Assembly: GCA_030141605.1 (NCBI GenBank)
Contig: JAQGDQ010000219.1
Coordinates: forward strand, 124,001-188,000
Length of the DNA: 64,000 bases
Source of the DNA: Tubiluchus corallicola
Lineage: Eukaryota > Animalia > Priapulida
Direction of reading: 5' to 3'
Under the pieces are notes generated by a model, which was not told where the DNA came from, searched no databases, and worked only from the letters and a program-made list of their open reading frames with translations. Position numbers and translations under genes: made by a program. Below are positions 1-12,585 of this stretch, piece by piece. How positions within the stretch are numbered: the stretch's first letter is position 1; every line of letters starts with the position of its first letter.

Positions 1-645
1 ACATGTATCACTGAGTACAATACACATATGCTTTAGCACTCAATTATTTATCAGGGTGAATAAATTTGTCATATATGTCAATCAATAAGTAATATTAAAA
101 ATTAGGCAAGCTACACAAAGTACACATAACCTTTAAAACAAATTATTGCTTGATTAGAAATACACAATTGTGGAATAAAACAGGTGCCTCGGCTTTAAAA
201 CAAGCGTTCGTGTTATGCTAAGCAAATATTTTCATAAACGTATAAATGTGCAAAGGCAAGCACAGATTTAAAGATGACCCAGACTGATAAATACAATACA
301 TATAACTTCTGGAAGAAATTGCCCCACAATGTACTAACAATCATTGACAAACAGCAGTAATATGTACTACAGCATCAAATCATAGATTCACTAAAATATG
401 ACGTTAGCAGAACATAAAGTTTACTTGTGTCGTGATTTGCAAAGCAAATAGTGCATCAATGATAAATATGAAGGGTGCACGATAACATATACTACCTGTT
501 ACTAGGCAAACTTTAGCTATTTAAATATAAAAATAACACTAATCTTGGGTTGTGTGACATTGAAAGATCAGAAAACGGCACAGAAAAGATTGCCGTGCAT
601 TCTGTGATGGAAAGTTTTTAAGTCAAGAATAAGTAGGCAGCAAGC

Positions 646-2562
646 ATGCATATTCCATCCTTAAATAATAAAACTGGTTTAAAGCCAGTTAAAATGTGGG
701 AATTAAGAGATGGTGAAGACACGCTAAGGGACGTAGAAATCAGCATAATCACTAATCAAGAAATACCAAAAAAGTACAACTTCTTGCTCAAAAATAGGCT
801 TCCATTCGAAACGCAAGACATGTCAGTCCATATGAGAAGCTTGACGCATGAATGGTTCATCTCTTACTGGCACTGGTCAATATATTTAGGTGTCATGTAT
901 GTGGCTGTCATATTCTGGTTGCAAAGAGCCATGAAAACACGAAGCAGGTTTGAAATGCGCAAAGTGCTATTTCTCTGGAGCTTTGGATTGTCCATTTTCA
1001 GCATTTTAGGAACATTTCGAAGTGTGCCAGAACTAGTGCATGTTCTCAAAGTGTACGGATTCAGCTACTCTGTGTGTGCAAACAGCTTTGGCTATGGCCT
1101 GCCTGGCATTTACACCATCGCATTCACCTTTTCTAAGATCCCAGAACTTCTTGACACTGTCTTTATTGTTCTTCGCAAGAAAAAATTGATCTTCCTTCAT
1201 TGGTACCATCATGCCACTGTGCTCGTGTACTCCTGGTACTGTTATAAAGTACAGACTGGTGCAGGAAGGTGGATCATCTCCATGAACTATTTAGTTCACA
1301 GCATGATGTATTTTTATTATGCTCTCCGAGCAGTACAAGTAAATGTTCCGAAGTTCGTCAACACCATCATTACGCTGATGCAAATAATTCAAATGATTTT
1401 GGGTAAGTACACTTCAGCATTAAAAACTGCCATATAATATGTCGCTGTTCATCAAATATCACTTTACAAGTTATATGAAATCTACCACACTGTGGATATA
1501 ACAACTTAAAAACAACAACTTAACAGTCCTGCAATTGTTTGTAAGTTTATAAAGTAAGCTATGCACATTTTCAGGTGGCAATTTTTTAACTTGCTTTCAA
1601 AAACAAGCTCTTACTGCATGAGAATCTCAGCCTTAACAAAACACAAAAAATAAATAAAATAAACATGCTCATTGGCATTTCTTTAGAATTTTTTTAGATC
1701 ATAAATGCCAGTAGTTATGTTTATTACACCATTGATGATTTCGTTTTTTCAGCATAATTACATGACCTATCCATGCGCAGCAATGTGACCCTCAACATAA
1801 TATCAGGTCCATAATCCCTCAATACGGAAATTATATAGGATTAAAACTAGTGGTGCGCAACTCATTTCAGCTCCATTCGCACTCCAATGACATCGCAAAT
1901 TCTCATTCGCACCACCCCAAATGCAAGGCGCTAATTTAATGCTGTTTTTCCAGGAAATTTCAGTAAAAATACGTTAGGACCGGCAGAAGTAGTCTGCACA
2001 CCAGTCCCCCAGTATATTACATAAAATTGTAATATTTGAAACATACTTTAAATTAATCTGGTTGTCTAAGAAGCATCTAAATGCCAAATCACAAAAAGTT
2101 TTTCACTCGCATGTAACTACACCGCCACCGCCGCGTTAATGACAGTCTCGCTGGTACATGTTAGATTTGAACCACTCCACTTACGCACCAAATGAACTAT
2201 TAATTTTCAAATACGAAAGTAAACACTGCAAAACATATTCATATTATTACTATCATTCTGTCTTTGAGATTTTTATTCAATTAAAATCATAAATTTATAT
2301 AGTTATAAGCAATTGCAAGATGTTTATGCTACAGAAAACTAATTTATACACTATATTTTATATATCAGGATGTGTTGTCTGCGCTTGGCAGCTCTATCTT
2401 ATCATATTGTTGGACATCCCTTGCAATGGAGACGGCATTTCTATGGTATGCGGATGCTTCTTATACTCAAGTTACCTGGTGCTTTTTATAAAGTTTTTCC
2501 ATGAAAGGTACATCGTTAAGCACAAAGACTTGCAACAAAATGATTTAAAGAAAAGTAATTGA
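646..2562 (+). CDS. ELOVL6: Very-long-chain fatty acid elongase, ELOVL3/6-like (GNS1/SUR4 family); 2 coding exons, 646-1402 and 2369-2562, 316 aa
   Basis: Translation contains SKIPELLDTVFIVLRKKKLIFLHWYHH (KxxExxDT and HxxHH catalytic box), MNYLVHSMMYFYY and TLMQIIQM motifs. The donor G|GTAAGT at 1402/1403 joins in phase to acceptor TCAG|GA at 2368/2369. The C-terminus KKSN is a KKxx ER-retrieval signal. The exact start codon is uncertain. Confidence 0.9.
1848..2193. mobile_element. Possible degenerate MITE in the ELOVL intron
   Basis: Imperfect terminal inverted repeats TAGTGGTGCGCAA and TTACGCACCAAATG, with internal CATTCGCAC repeats. Confidence 0.3.
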
Positions 2563-3155
2563 TGGGCGTTTTGCCGTGTCACTCTCCAGTCAAGTTAGTG
2601 GTATGGTCACTCAGCAGGTTCAGTAAACTCCATGTTTATCATTACATTTTCTCTGCTAAATAGGATATAAATAATGTGCTGTGCTGACATCTTTATACAA
2701 CAAATTAATGACTAACCTACATGTAGCTGCTACTTTATTCGTTAAAGATGTTTTTATAAAGTTTTCTTATATTTTTATTTTAAATTGTTGGACACATTAT
2801 TAAATCACGCTACCAGTGAAAGAAATGGCACTTTCGTTAGTTAACTTTTGCACTGTACTTTGTAATTTGACCTATTGGGTGATTAACTTATCAAAGTTGA
2901 ACATACACCTAATTCATTCATTGTATTTGTGTATTTGTGACTCTTTGCGGCAAATATACACCTGACCTGACCTTATCTTCAATGTTTGCACAGCGTGATT
3001 TTTAGCGTAAGTGAAGTAAACCTTCTTGCACAACTTACTCTTACCATTATGTTATGTAGCTCTTATACAGACATAAAACTATCCACTGCCTTTACCAACG
3101 ATAATTTAATTTTCAGTCATTTGTTATCAGTCATTGTTGCAAGTGATTAACTTAC

Positions 3156-6100
3156 CGCAATTTGCTCAACAACAGCTGATTTCGTCTTGTTTGAAAAATC
3201 TGTACTGGAAACAAGTTTGTCGAAAAGTTGTGCAAACATTTGTCCAGCAGAATGGCCTTCTAGCATGATATTTTTCACTAAAACAAAATTCAAAACTCTT
3301 TTGCTCTTTTTATTAAAAAACTTACAAAAAAAGGTAAGGGACTACAGCAAGGAGATATGAACGCATGTCTAGAGAAAGAAAATTTGTGAAACTAAATTGC
3401 AAGTCATATAAGATGCATGTTAATGTTTTTCTTAAATTGATTGAAATAGTATTTTTAGGGAAACAATTTTCTGGGGGAGGATTCCACAGATAAGAAGCCT
3501 AAGGGAAAAATAGTCGGTTTTCAAAAATAATATGTAATGACAAGAAAACAGATATTTGCGAGGATTTTGTTTTAAGTATCAACTGCTTGATAGTGATATA
3601 ATCAGTAAAAACTTGAAAAAATCTACAAAATGCCACCAATGCACTTACGATAATGTAGATTGCAATAAGTAGGTTTTGAAAACTTACCTACAACTTCCAG
3701 CTTTTCATAGGATCCAGAATGGCACATCTTAATAAGCTCATCAACCAATTCCTCAGGTACAACCTAAACGAAACAAAAAACGTTTACTGCCTCACAAGCC
3801 AAATGTAGTTAAGTTTAGCTTCCAAACTATATTTTTTGTCTATTGCAACAACTGGTCCACATAATAAAACTGGAAAGACAAAGTTGTCCAAAAACAAACG
3901 GTTCCAACATTGCGCCAAGTCAGAAAAACAATTTTTAAGCTTTCTAGTTTTTTTATGTTTACAGATAGCTAAAATAATACAAATTATACAGAATCAGAAA
4001 CACAAATTACGCCCTAAGGAGGCAAGATTTATTTCGTCATACGTCGTCAAAATTAATAAGAACTTCTGTCTAAAACGATATAGTTTATTAGCTTGCTCCA
4101 CCTGTTGCAAACAAATAGTACAAATAAACAATGTAATGAAAGCAATAGTTTAGAATTCCTTACACAAGAAAAAGTACTCTGATGATTATTATAACATGCC
4201 AAAAAATAATTTAAAACCACAAAAATTTGCAGTAAGTATACTCCAATATTTTGCAATCAATTCCAAGTAGTTTTTTGCTTCAAAAGTTGGAGATATTAAC
4301 ACTTAAATGCAAAAATGTCCACTTCTTTTCCATACTTAAACAAAATTCACAGCTCCCAGCTCTGAAGTTTCAACTAATTTTTCTGCTGTATTGAAACAAC
4401 TAACATAATACCCATAAATTTGCAAAAAAAAATTAAAAAAGCGGTATGCATTATGCAGAAATTGACTATTAGTTGCAATTAGTTAGAAGAAAAATGACCT
4501 GTTTCGGGCATATTTCAAAAAATGCACTACATTCTTGACTTGTATCCATGCAGCATGAGAAATACTTTCACCTTACTTGTTTGTTGGTTGATTGGCTAAG
4601 CGCTTTCGCGTGATTTTACAACAAACCTGCATTACCTATAGTGATATATGTAACTACAGACTTTACCTAGACGAATGACTGCATCTGTTTATATAGGACG
4701 GCATATGCCCTTAAATAGCTTTTAAATGTTAACAAACTTCAACAAGGTGAACTACCTACAATAAACACGCTGATACATTGAGCAAATTAACTACATTTAA
4801 AATATAATATACTTTACAGTATTATTATTATTATTATCATCTGATACAGTTTGAACAATCTGCAATCAAAGTGATGATAATGATGATTACATTTATAATG
4901 GCATTGTTATTTTTGTTGTTGTGGTTGTTGTTGCTGATAAAGATAAAGAACATGATCAAGGGTAATGACTGATTTTGACAACGACAATGTTGCTAACGAT
5001 GGTAATAACAAGGATAAAAAATAAATATAATTCTCTTACTAATATCCTGAGAAAAGCTGCTGCTTTAGATACGTGAATTTTATGTTATCAAAACATTTTG
5101 TTTTAACTTAGTTCATTAACAGACACTACGCTAAAAGCATTGGTACAGGTACATAAGTAAACAGGTAGTGAGTGCAGTTCTATCGTAACATGCAAGATGA
5201 TAAAGGATGCACTGTCGTAGTTATTCGAAGGTGGCACTAATGCACTATGACCTAGCCACCATAATGGTTATGCACTCTACCCAAGTTTGATTTCGTTGTG
5301 CTTATCGAAAGACTAAAACTAGTAACACATAAATACAAGTTAACGCTAGGCAATGGCTGCTATGCTGCAGTTTTACCTGCAAAATTTAATAGTTCCCAAG
5401 TTTCTTTATTTTTTGATTACATGTGTTTTTTGATTACATGTTCAGTGACAATCAACAGCACTAAGTCAAAATGTCAGCAGTCTAATTTGATGCAATAGTG
5501 TGGCTAGCAGGAACCATGTACAACGTAAGAACCCCACAACTACCACAATGGACTACAAATCCTTAATATAAAAATATCAGTTGGCACAGTTGAAACGCCA
5601 CAATAAAGAAGTTTTTTACGCATTTTTTATTAAAATGGAATGGTTCAATTGCTCTTTAGCAGTCTAACACGAGCAAGAAATGAGAAAAACTTTCTTAATT
5701 ATGGAACATTTGTACCAACTGCAACAACGACTTGATATTCATCTTTGCAAAAACTGCGAAGTGACACACCCCAGCTATTTCATTGATGTCTTCTACCATT
5801 ACAGGATCTGTGCCTTTTAACCGACTTGCACTTTGCAGGCTTGTAATAGCCTTCCTCATGTCACCCTCAGAATTTTCAATAATAGCAGACAATGCCTGAA
5901 AAGAGTATGACAGTCTTACACACAACAAACTGAACTTAAATGTTTAGCTCAAATGCATTATAAACATGTTCAGATGATACAGTAACTCATTCTATAAAAA
6001 TGCAACATGCCAGTAAATTGTTCTCATTCAACAGTGCCCTCAGTTTTCCAAATTTCACACAGTTAGTATAACTGTAAAAGTTAACCTATTAAAATTAATT

Positions 6101-9100
6101 ATAATATAAAAATTACATAATAAACATAAATAATAATAATAATAATTAAAAGTTAACCTACTAAAATTATATTAGCAGACTACAGAAAAATTAATAGCGA
6201 TACAGAAAAAATTGTGAACGAAAATACATTTTAACCGAATCGTGTTCGTGTAGAACTAGAGCTGCAAAATAGGATATTCAAAAAAGTTAATGCTGTGAAT
6301 TGAAATTGAACACAAAAAATAAATGGAAATAATGTGGCATTTCATTGACAAACTGTAATTTTAGGGATACCTGGAAAAATGTGTAGAAAATACGAAAAAA
6401 CATGAGGCAACTATTAACAGGTTATCAAAACACTAGCTTAGAAGTACAGTGTTCCCTCACTTATCGCGGGTGTTCCGTTCCAGGCCCACCCGCGATAAGT
6501 GAATTTCCGCAAAGTAGAGACGCTATACTTATCTTAGTAGTTATACATTAATCTGGTTGGTCGCTTTCCATCAGTCAACCAACCGTGTGTTGTGTACAAT
6601 CTCACGTCGGCAAGTAGCATCTCAAGTGGGCGCAAGTACTACATTTCGTTTTTGGTGTTTATTCATCCGCCGAATAAATACACTATTTACTGTAAATGGT
6701 AATTTTTTATGATTTATAATATTCTTTTAATGTGAAAATTAATATTTTTAATATATTTTTATACATTTTGTGATTTTTTTATGCAAAATTCATCAAATCT
6801 ATACATTACTGTACAATACGTACTATGCAAATGCAAAAATACATTAGACGGAGTACCACAAAAACCCGCGAAACAGCGAGTCCGCGATAAACGAACCGCG
6901 AAGTAGCGAGGAAACACTGTATAACACTATTTTATAGAGGCATTAATAAAAAGGTGCAATGGTTATTTAACCATTCACAAAGCATATTAGACATTTCTAT
7001 AGCACGTAATCACTATGCTTTCGGCTGGCCGTTGTTTATAAAACAAGTGAAGTTTAGCATTGAAACTGATACTACATACCTCATTGCTACAATCTATTTC
7101 TTCTTTTTCGCATATTTCCTGCAGGCGATTTAAAAGGATATCAGTAGCCAGAGGTTTAAATCGAAACTTTGAACACCGAGAAGTAATAGGCTCAATGATT
7201 CGGCTGACATAGTTGCAAATGAGACAAAATCTAGTGGACCGAGATTCTTTCTCCATTGTTCTCCTTAGTGCTGCCTAGCAAAAATAAACAATTAAGTTAC
7301 ATAGTCTATATTCATACATGGGCTGCAGGCAAGAGCACCTGCTGCTCGGAAATGTGGAACACAACAAATACATAAGGATAATTACACAAGTTAAAATAAA
7401 GTATGCTTAGCCAATGTATGCTTAGCCAATGTGAACAATGCAACTTTGTTGTTAAAAGCTGCTTTATTTTAAATGCTTTATTTCGACAGAAAGTACTATC
7501 CTCCTCAGAAGTTACTGCGTTAATACCGGTAGCTTCCAAGGCTAGCATTGAACTCCTTTATCAGAAAACAAAACAGTATTTACTACCTAACAACAAAACT
7601 GCATTGCTCAAGCTTGAAATTCATAATCTATTCTAACCTTATAAATCCAGGAACATAAAAATAAATATGCTTGATTACACAAGCCAGTATAGTCTTGTGA
7701 AGTCACACATTAAGCCATCGATGAACTTGAAAATATAAACTTTAAAATTGTGGAGTATTTGTGCTTTGCTATCAATATGATGTAGCAGTGCCAAACTATA
7801 ATCTTCACTTTCACATAACATGTGCAAGAAAAATTCCCAACGTCGGAAAATTGTACCGAACGGTGACATGTCGCAAACTGCAAGCAAGCCATTTAGTAAA
7901 TTAAGTCACTAATTTAAGCATAAGAAACACTAGCAATTTTACAGGTAAAAAGAAAAATTTTATTTCATAAGTCATGATGAAAAGTAGTACTCAAATTGTT
8001 CTGTTTTACTTTAACAACATGCATAGCTTTAATTGATTTTTCAAAGTTTCCACCAAGTAAAGTAAACAAATGTGAAAATGTGAAAAAAAAACTGGTATTT
8101 TAAATGTACATCTTTACTGCACACAGCACATTAAAAGCTTAATATTTATTTCATAACCCACATTAACTCCTTATAATACTATTAACCGAAGACTTACTTG
8201 TGCTGGTGCCGTCATCGAGTCAGCTTCATCAAGTATAACAATTTTGTATGGAGGACAATTCTTGCCGCTAAAACAAAAAATTATAGTTCAAATAATACAA
8301 TGATAACAGTTGAAACTAGCAAGTAGGTGTTCACAAGAGTGCATGTCTTATAATTCAGCTAACATACTAAAATTTACTAAAACTACTAAAGTTTACTAAA
8401 ATCTAGTAATTTCCTATTTTACTAAACTCTCACTAACATTCCAACAAAAACAAATGCATTATAGCTGGAAAACTGTGTATATGAAGCTGCAGAACAATGG
8501 CATCATCTACTATAGCAAATTCTGCATTGTAGTAACACTTAAAATACAAAACGTGAAGCACAAAGCTTGAACCTAAAATTCTTAGTTTGCTTATCAAAAC
8601 TGTCTGCAAACAGGTCCACAAAGTTGTAAAAGGAGAAGGCTAAAGAAGCTATCTTATAAACACTAACATGATAAATTTGTGGTATTTACAAAAGCAATGG
8701 AATTTCAGTTTTCAATTTCCTAATGTCATACCAAACTTAGTACAGACAGTTTTAGTATTTTTATGTAAAATAGTTCTATCAGAGTGTTTTATATTGATTC
8801 TGCCGAAGAGCATATCTTGAACCACATGTAATAGGTAAATCCAGGCACAATGACTGGAAAATTAATAGGCACCCAGACATCTTGACAATAACGTACCAAT
8901 ACAACGACGAAATTTGAGAAAAAAGGCAACTATGGAACTGGAGCATAAACCAGTCAGGGATGTTACAGAAACAAAAATTTTGTTTCAGCTTGCCGATAAT
9001 TGCACTTACAGTTAAGTTTTGTTTTCGTCGAAAATTATTGTTTCGTAGCCTTTCAGTAATTTCCGGTAGCATTTTTTGGCTAAAATTATTGACATAAAGC

Positions 9101-10672
9101 GTAAATATCATTTGTTTATTTATTTAAGTGAAGTGTTTTATTTATTTCAGAATATTTTCACACAAGACACAAAACTTTTCTGCTAGCATAACTAATATTA
9201 AAAGGTTATTAATAATGATTGTGATTATTAAACGTATTATGAATTTCAGTCTTTCAAAGGATGATAATAAAGATAAATATATATTTACTCTGGTCTTGTT
9301 GAACTAGCTGCAAACTGGGAAAATTTTTTCACTTTATCTCTTACTACTTGAATGCCACGTTCGTCAGATGCATTTAGTTCCAAAACACGTTCGGAAAACA
9401 ATGGCCTGAAATTTAAACAAAGTTGTAAAACATGACATCCATAATATATAATTATGAATGTATTTCATTACATTAGCCAAATCACACACTTTCCTCGTGA
9501 AACTTGCAAAAGCAAATAAATTAAAAGCAGATGGGAACACAGCAGAGCACACGTACGCACGCGCACACACGCACACACACACACACACATCAGCAAAAAG
9601 GTGCATCAATCTTTTCGGGCAATTATAAATTACTTGTTTGCCTAACATATGCCACCTAATGGTCTGACTTGCAAGTGAACTAAAGTTTTAGTTTCATATT
9701 CTGCAAGTACCATACCAAGACTCCATTACATCAAGCTTGTCCCATAATCATCATTTGTTCTAACTTCATGAAGATTATATTCATTTGCAATTTTTTAAAA
9801 CATTTTTAGTGAAAAACAAAAAAATGCAGACAAAATTATAACCCTGCTGCCGGTTCTAGATACTTATTCTATAAGACTTTTTCATTCTTAAGAAGTTAAC
9901 TTAAAACATACCCAAAAAGTTCCCTTGCTGCAGCAAGAATTGTCGAAGTTTTACCAGTACCCGGTGGACCATAAAACAACAAGTTTGGCAACTAAAGAAA
10001 AACAAACATTTAGGAAGTAGTTTTGAGATATAATATCATTCTCAAATGAAGTATACTGTTCACCATATTGGCTTTAACAGATTTCTTTCGACTTTGTAAT
10101 TCAGCTGATTAGTTCCAAAATAGACTCAGTATGCTCAAACAAGTTTATATAGTTTTACAAATGTCTCTACTGAAGTCAATTTTCAAGTTATCATCATGAA
10201 AGTAATACAAAAGTACATCCTAACAAGTATGCTGTTCTTTTGTTTGAAGATAACAATAAAACAGCAGGCAAATAAGGCAATTACTAGCAAGAAATGCGTG
10301 TGACCATTTTTGATTTTTATCGTAAAAGGCTCAAAATACTCACATCAGCACCTTTCATTGTTTTCCTTAGTACAGCTATAACTTCTTCTTGGTATGCAAC
10401 ATCTTCTATGGTTTTTGGCCGACTGTGAAAAAATATTTATTGCTTAATTCTAAAAATCTAATTTAACCAGTACCAAAAGCCTACTGATAATTAACATTTT
10501 GGCACAACAATGTTTGGAATGTAGATAAGAAAACACAAACTTACTATTTTTCCACCCAAGGAATATTTAATAGCCTTTTAGAAGTTTTGCGACCAGAAGA
10601 CTTTGCAATGTCTTCCACATTTTCCGACTTTTTCTTGATAGCACCAGTCTTGCCTTTCAAAAATGCTTCCAT
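3156..10672 (-). CDS. RFC4: Replication factor C subunit 4 (AAA+ clamp loader), 3'-partial; exons 10672-10545, 10422-10344, 9991-9912, 9405-9289, 8267-8198, 7274-7080, 5895-5770, 3763-3688, 3277-3156
   Basis: The spliced frame (331 codons) begins MEAFLKG and includes PWVEKYRPK, Walker [21 protein letters not shown], Walker [12 protein letters not shown], the SRC motif ([13 protein letters not shown]) and GDMRKAIT. All junctions are GT-AG with matching phases. It ends at donor GCG|GTAAGT with no stop codon. Confidence 0.95.
6447..6919. mobile_element. Tc1/mariner (pogo/Tigger-type) MITE, 473 bp, in an RFC4 intron
   Basis: TIRs CAGTGTTCCCTCACTTATCGCGG and CCGCGAAGTAGCGAGGAAACACTG, flanked by TA on both sides (6445-6446, 6920-6921). 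Subterminal CCGCGA repeats surround an AT-rich core. Confidence 0.85.
9552..9589. repeat. (CA)n/(CGCA)n microsatellite
   Basis: Read directly from the sequence. Confidence 0.85.
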
Positions 10673-11025
10673 AACTACAAATTGATCCTGAAATAAAACA
10701 AAAATATAAAAAATATCATTGTGCAACTTTTGTACATCATTAAATTTAACATAGTAGTTTATATCAAACTGCTGCAAAATTTTGTAATTGTTCACGAACG
10801 ATAACTTGACAATTTCACTCTTAATAATTGTAATTGTTGAAATTTTTGTATCTATTTACTTCTGTACCTGTGTGGCATACAGTGTTTGATACACGATACA
10901 CAAACAACTGTTATTCATTGCAGGAATAGAACAAACAAAATTTTAAGCAATAGCAATAAAATAAGAACAAAACAAGCAAAAATTTGAAAAATAACGACAT
11001 TATACGAAAGCCAACAACGACAAAA

Positions 11026-11110
11026 ACTCACGACACCTATGCTAAATACTATTGATTGGACAAATAATTGAAATTAGAACATTCTTCTACCAATATTGCC
11101 AATGGTAGAA
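11026..11110 (-). promoter_or_regulatory. Probable RFC4 non-coding first exon and promoter with CCAAT boxes
   Basis: An acceptor at 10688-10690 lies just upstream of the ATG, and a GTGAGT donor occurs at 11031-11026 on the minus strand. CCAAT/ATTGG motifs are at about 11055, 11090 and 11099. Confidence 0.35.
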
Positions 11111-11416
11111 AGTCAATGATAGAACGGTAAACTTAAAAATGTGTAGCCAACGAAAATGTGATGCCAGACCAAACTGATCACGGTGGATGCACACAGGATG
11201 AAATATTTGAAAAAGCCACTTTAAAGAAGACACCTAACATTTTAATGTTGATGGGTAATTGTAAAGGAAAAATCATCAAACTATTTACTCACATGCATAT
11301 TTTGAGGTTGTTTATTAGACGTTTGTTGGGCCAATTATTCAGTCAATAAAGATTGTTAAAGGGGAATAAAATGCAATTTTAAAGTATATCCCAAAAGGTT
11401 TCCACACATAGTTATA

Positions 11417-12585
11417 TTGCTTAGCAGTATGCTTACCTATTTGAAAGACTTATGCATATAGAAAAGAAAATTCTTAGTAATTTAAAATGTTTGCATCAAC
11501 TGGTAAACTGTCATGGTTTTACCATCCCAGTGTGAATCAATGATTCAAAGAAGAAAACGTATTTTTAATCTTATTGGCAAGATATAGTAACGTATAACGA
11601 AAAATTTGAAGGAACCAATAATTTATAACGTTTATACTATCATAGAGCATATGCTTAAAGGACAAGAAAAGGGGTACCTGGAGTAGGTTTCAGAAAAATC
11701 CCCTTAAAAAATTATATTACTTTATAGCAATTTTATGTGTATATCGCACTGGTGTTAAAAGGAATTTTTGTTTGTTTCCATTTTAAATCTCCTGCAATAC
11801 TGTTCGGATTTCATGACGTCACTACGCAAACGTAAATCATTGTTAAATTTCTTTCCATGCAAATCTATATTACTTAGCATTTCGCTTACCTGCTGAAAAG
11901 ACTTATGTAACTTGAAATAATAATTTAAAATGTTTGTGCCAATTGATAAAATGTCGCCGACTCACCATTCAGGGTGCGCCACTCAGTAACCAAAAATGTA
12001 TTTTTAATCTTATTGACAAGATACAGTAATTTAACATTTTACTCAGTTAGTGACGTGTGCGCAACGAATGCTCTGATTATTTTTTCACTCTTCACACAAT
12101 GTTATCTAACCTTGTTTCAAATGACCTACTGTCAAAGTGGCTGCACCTAACGATCATCACGGGAGTTTAAATTTTCAAGTTTTATAAAGCATTGCTGCTA
12201 ATACAAGTTCTGTATGCAACAAGGCAGCACGTGGTGATACAAATTTTCAAGACGGTTTTTTAGCATTGTAGGTAAAGGGATTTGTTGTACTTTAAAGCTT
12301 ACAGCGCTGCTAATACTGGTAGGCCTAAACGGCACTAAAATATTTTCCAGAAGAAGATGGCAAAGTTGAATTTATAATTATAACAAATGTAGTAGTAAAT
12401 TAATAATTCCTGGTAATCTTTTATGTGCATTTGCAAAAATAAAAAATAGTATAAATATCAGCAACAGGTTATTTATAGCGCATGGAACAGTAATTTATAC
12501 TTTTGCTTAGTTAATGAAGTGTGTGCTACGAATGCTCTGATTTTTCAATCTTTACGCAATGTTATCTAAACTTGTTTCAAATATA
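11417..12585. repeat. Diverged direct repeats with about 455-465 bp spacing
   Basis: Block 11417-11590 resembles 11870-12030 (GCTTACCT..AAAGACTTATG..TAATTTAAAATGTTTG..TATTTTTAATCTTATTG.CAAGATA.AGTAA). Block 12024-12122 resembles 12489-12582 (ACGAATGCTCTGATT..CAATGTTATCTAA.CTTGTTTCAAAT). Confidence 0.7.

Noticed and set aside
646-1437. The 263-aa ORF as a complete single-exon protein
   Set aside because: It reads through a GTAAGT donor at 1403. The final transmembrane segment and KKxx tail lie in exon 2369-2562.
3064-3090. Short alternative RFC4 terminal exon (AVDSFMSV*)
   Set aside because: There is no polypyrimidine tract before the AG, and it lacks the conserved DGADE..QL motif.
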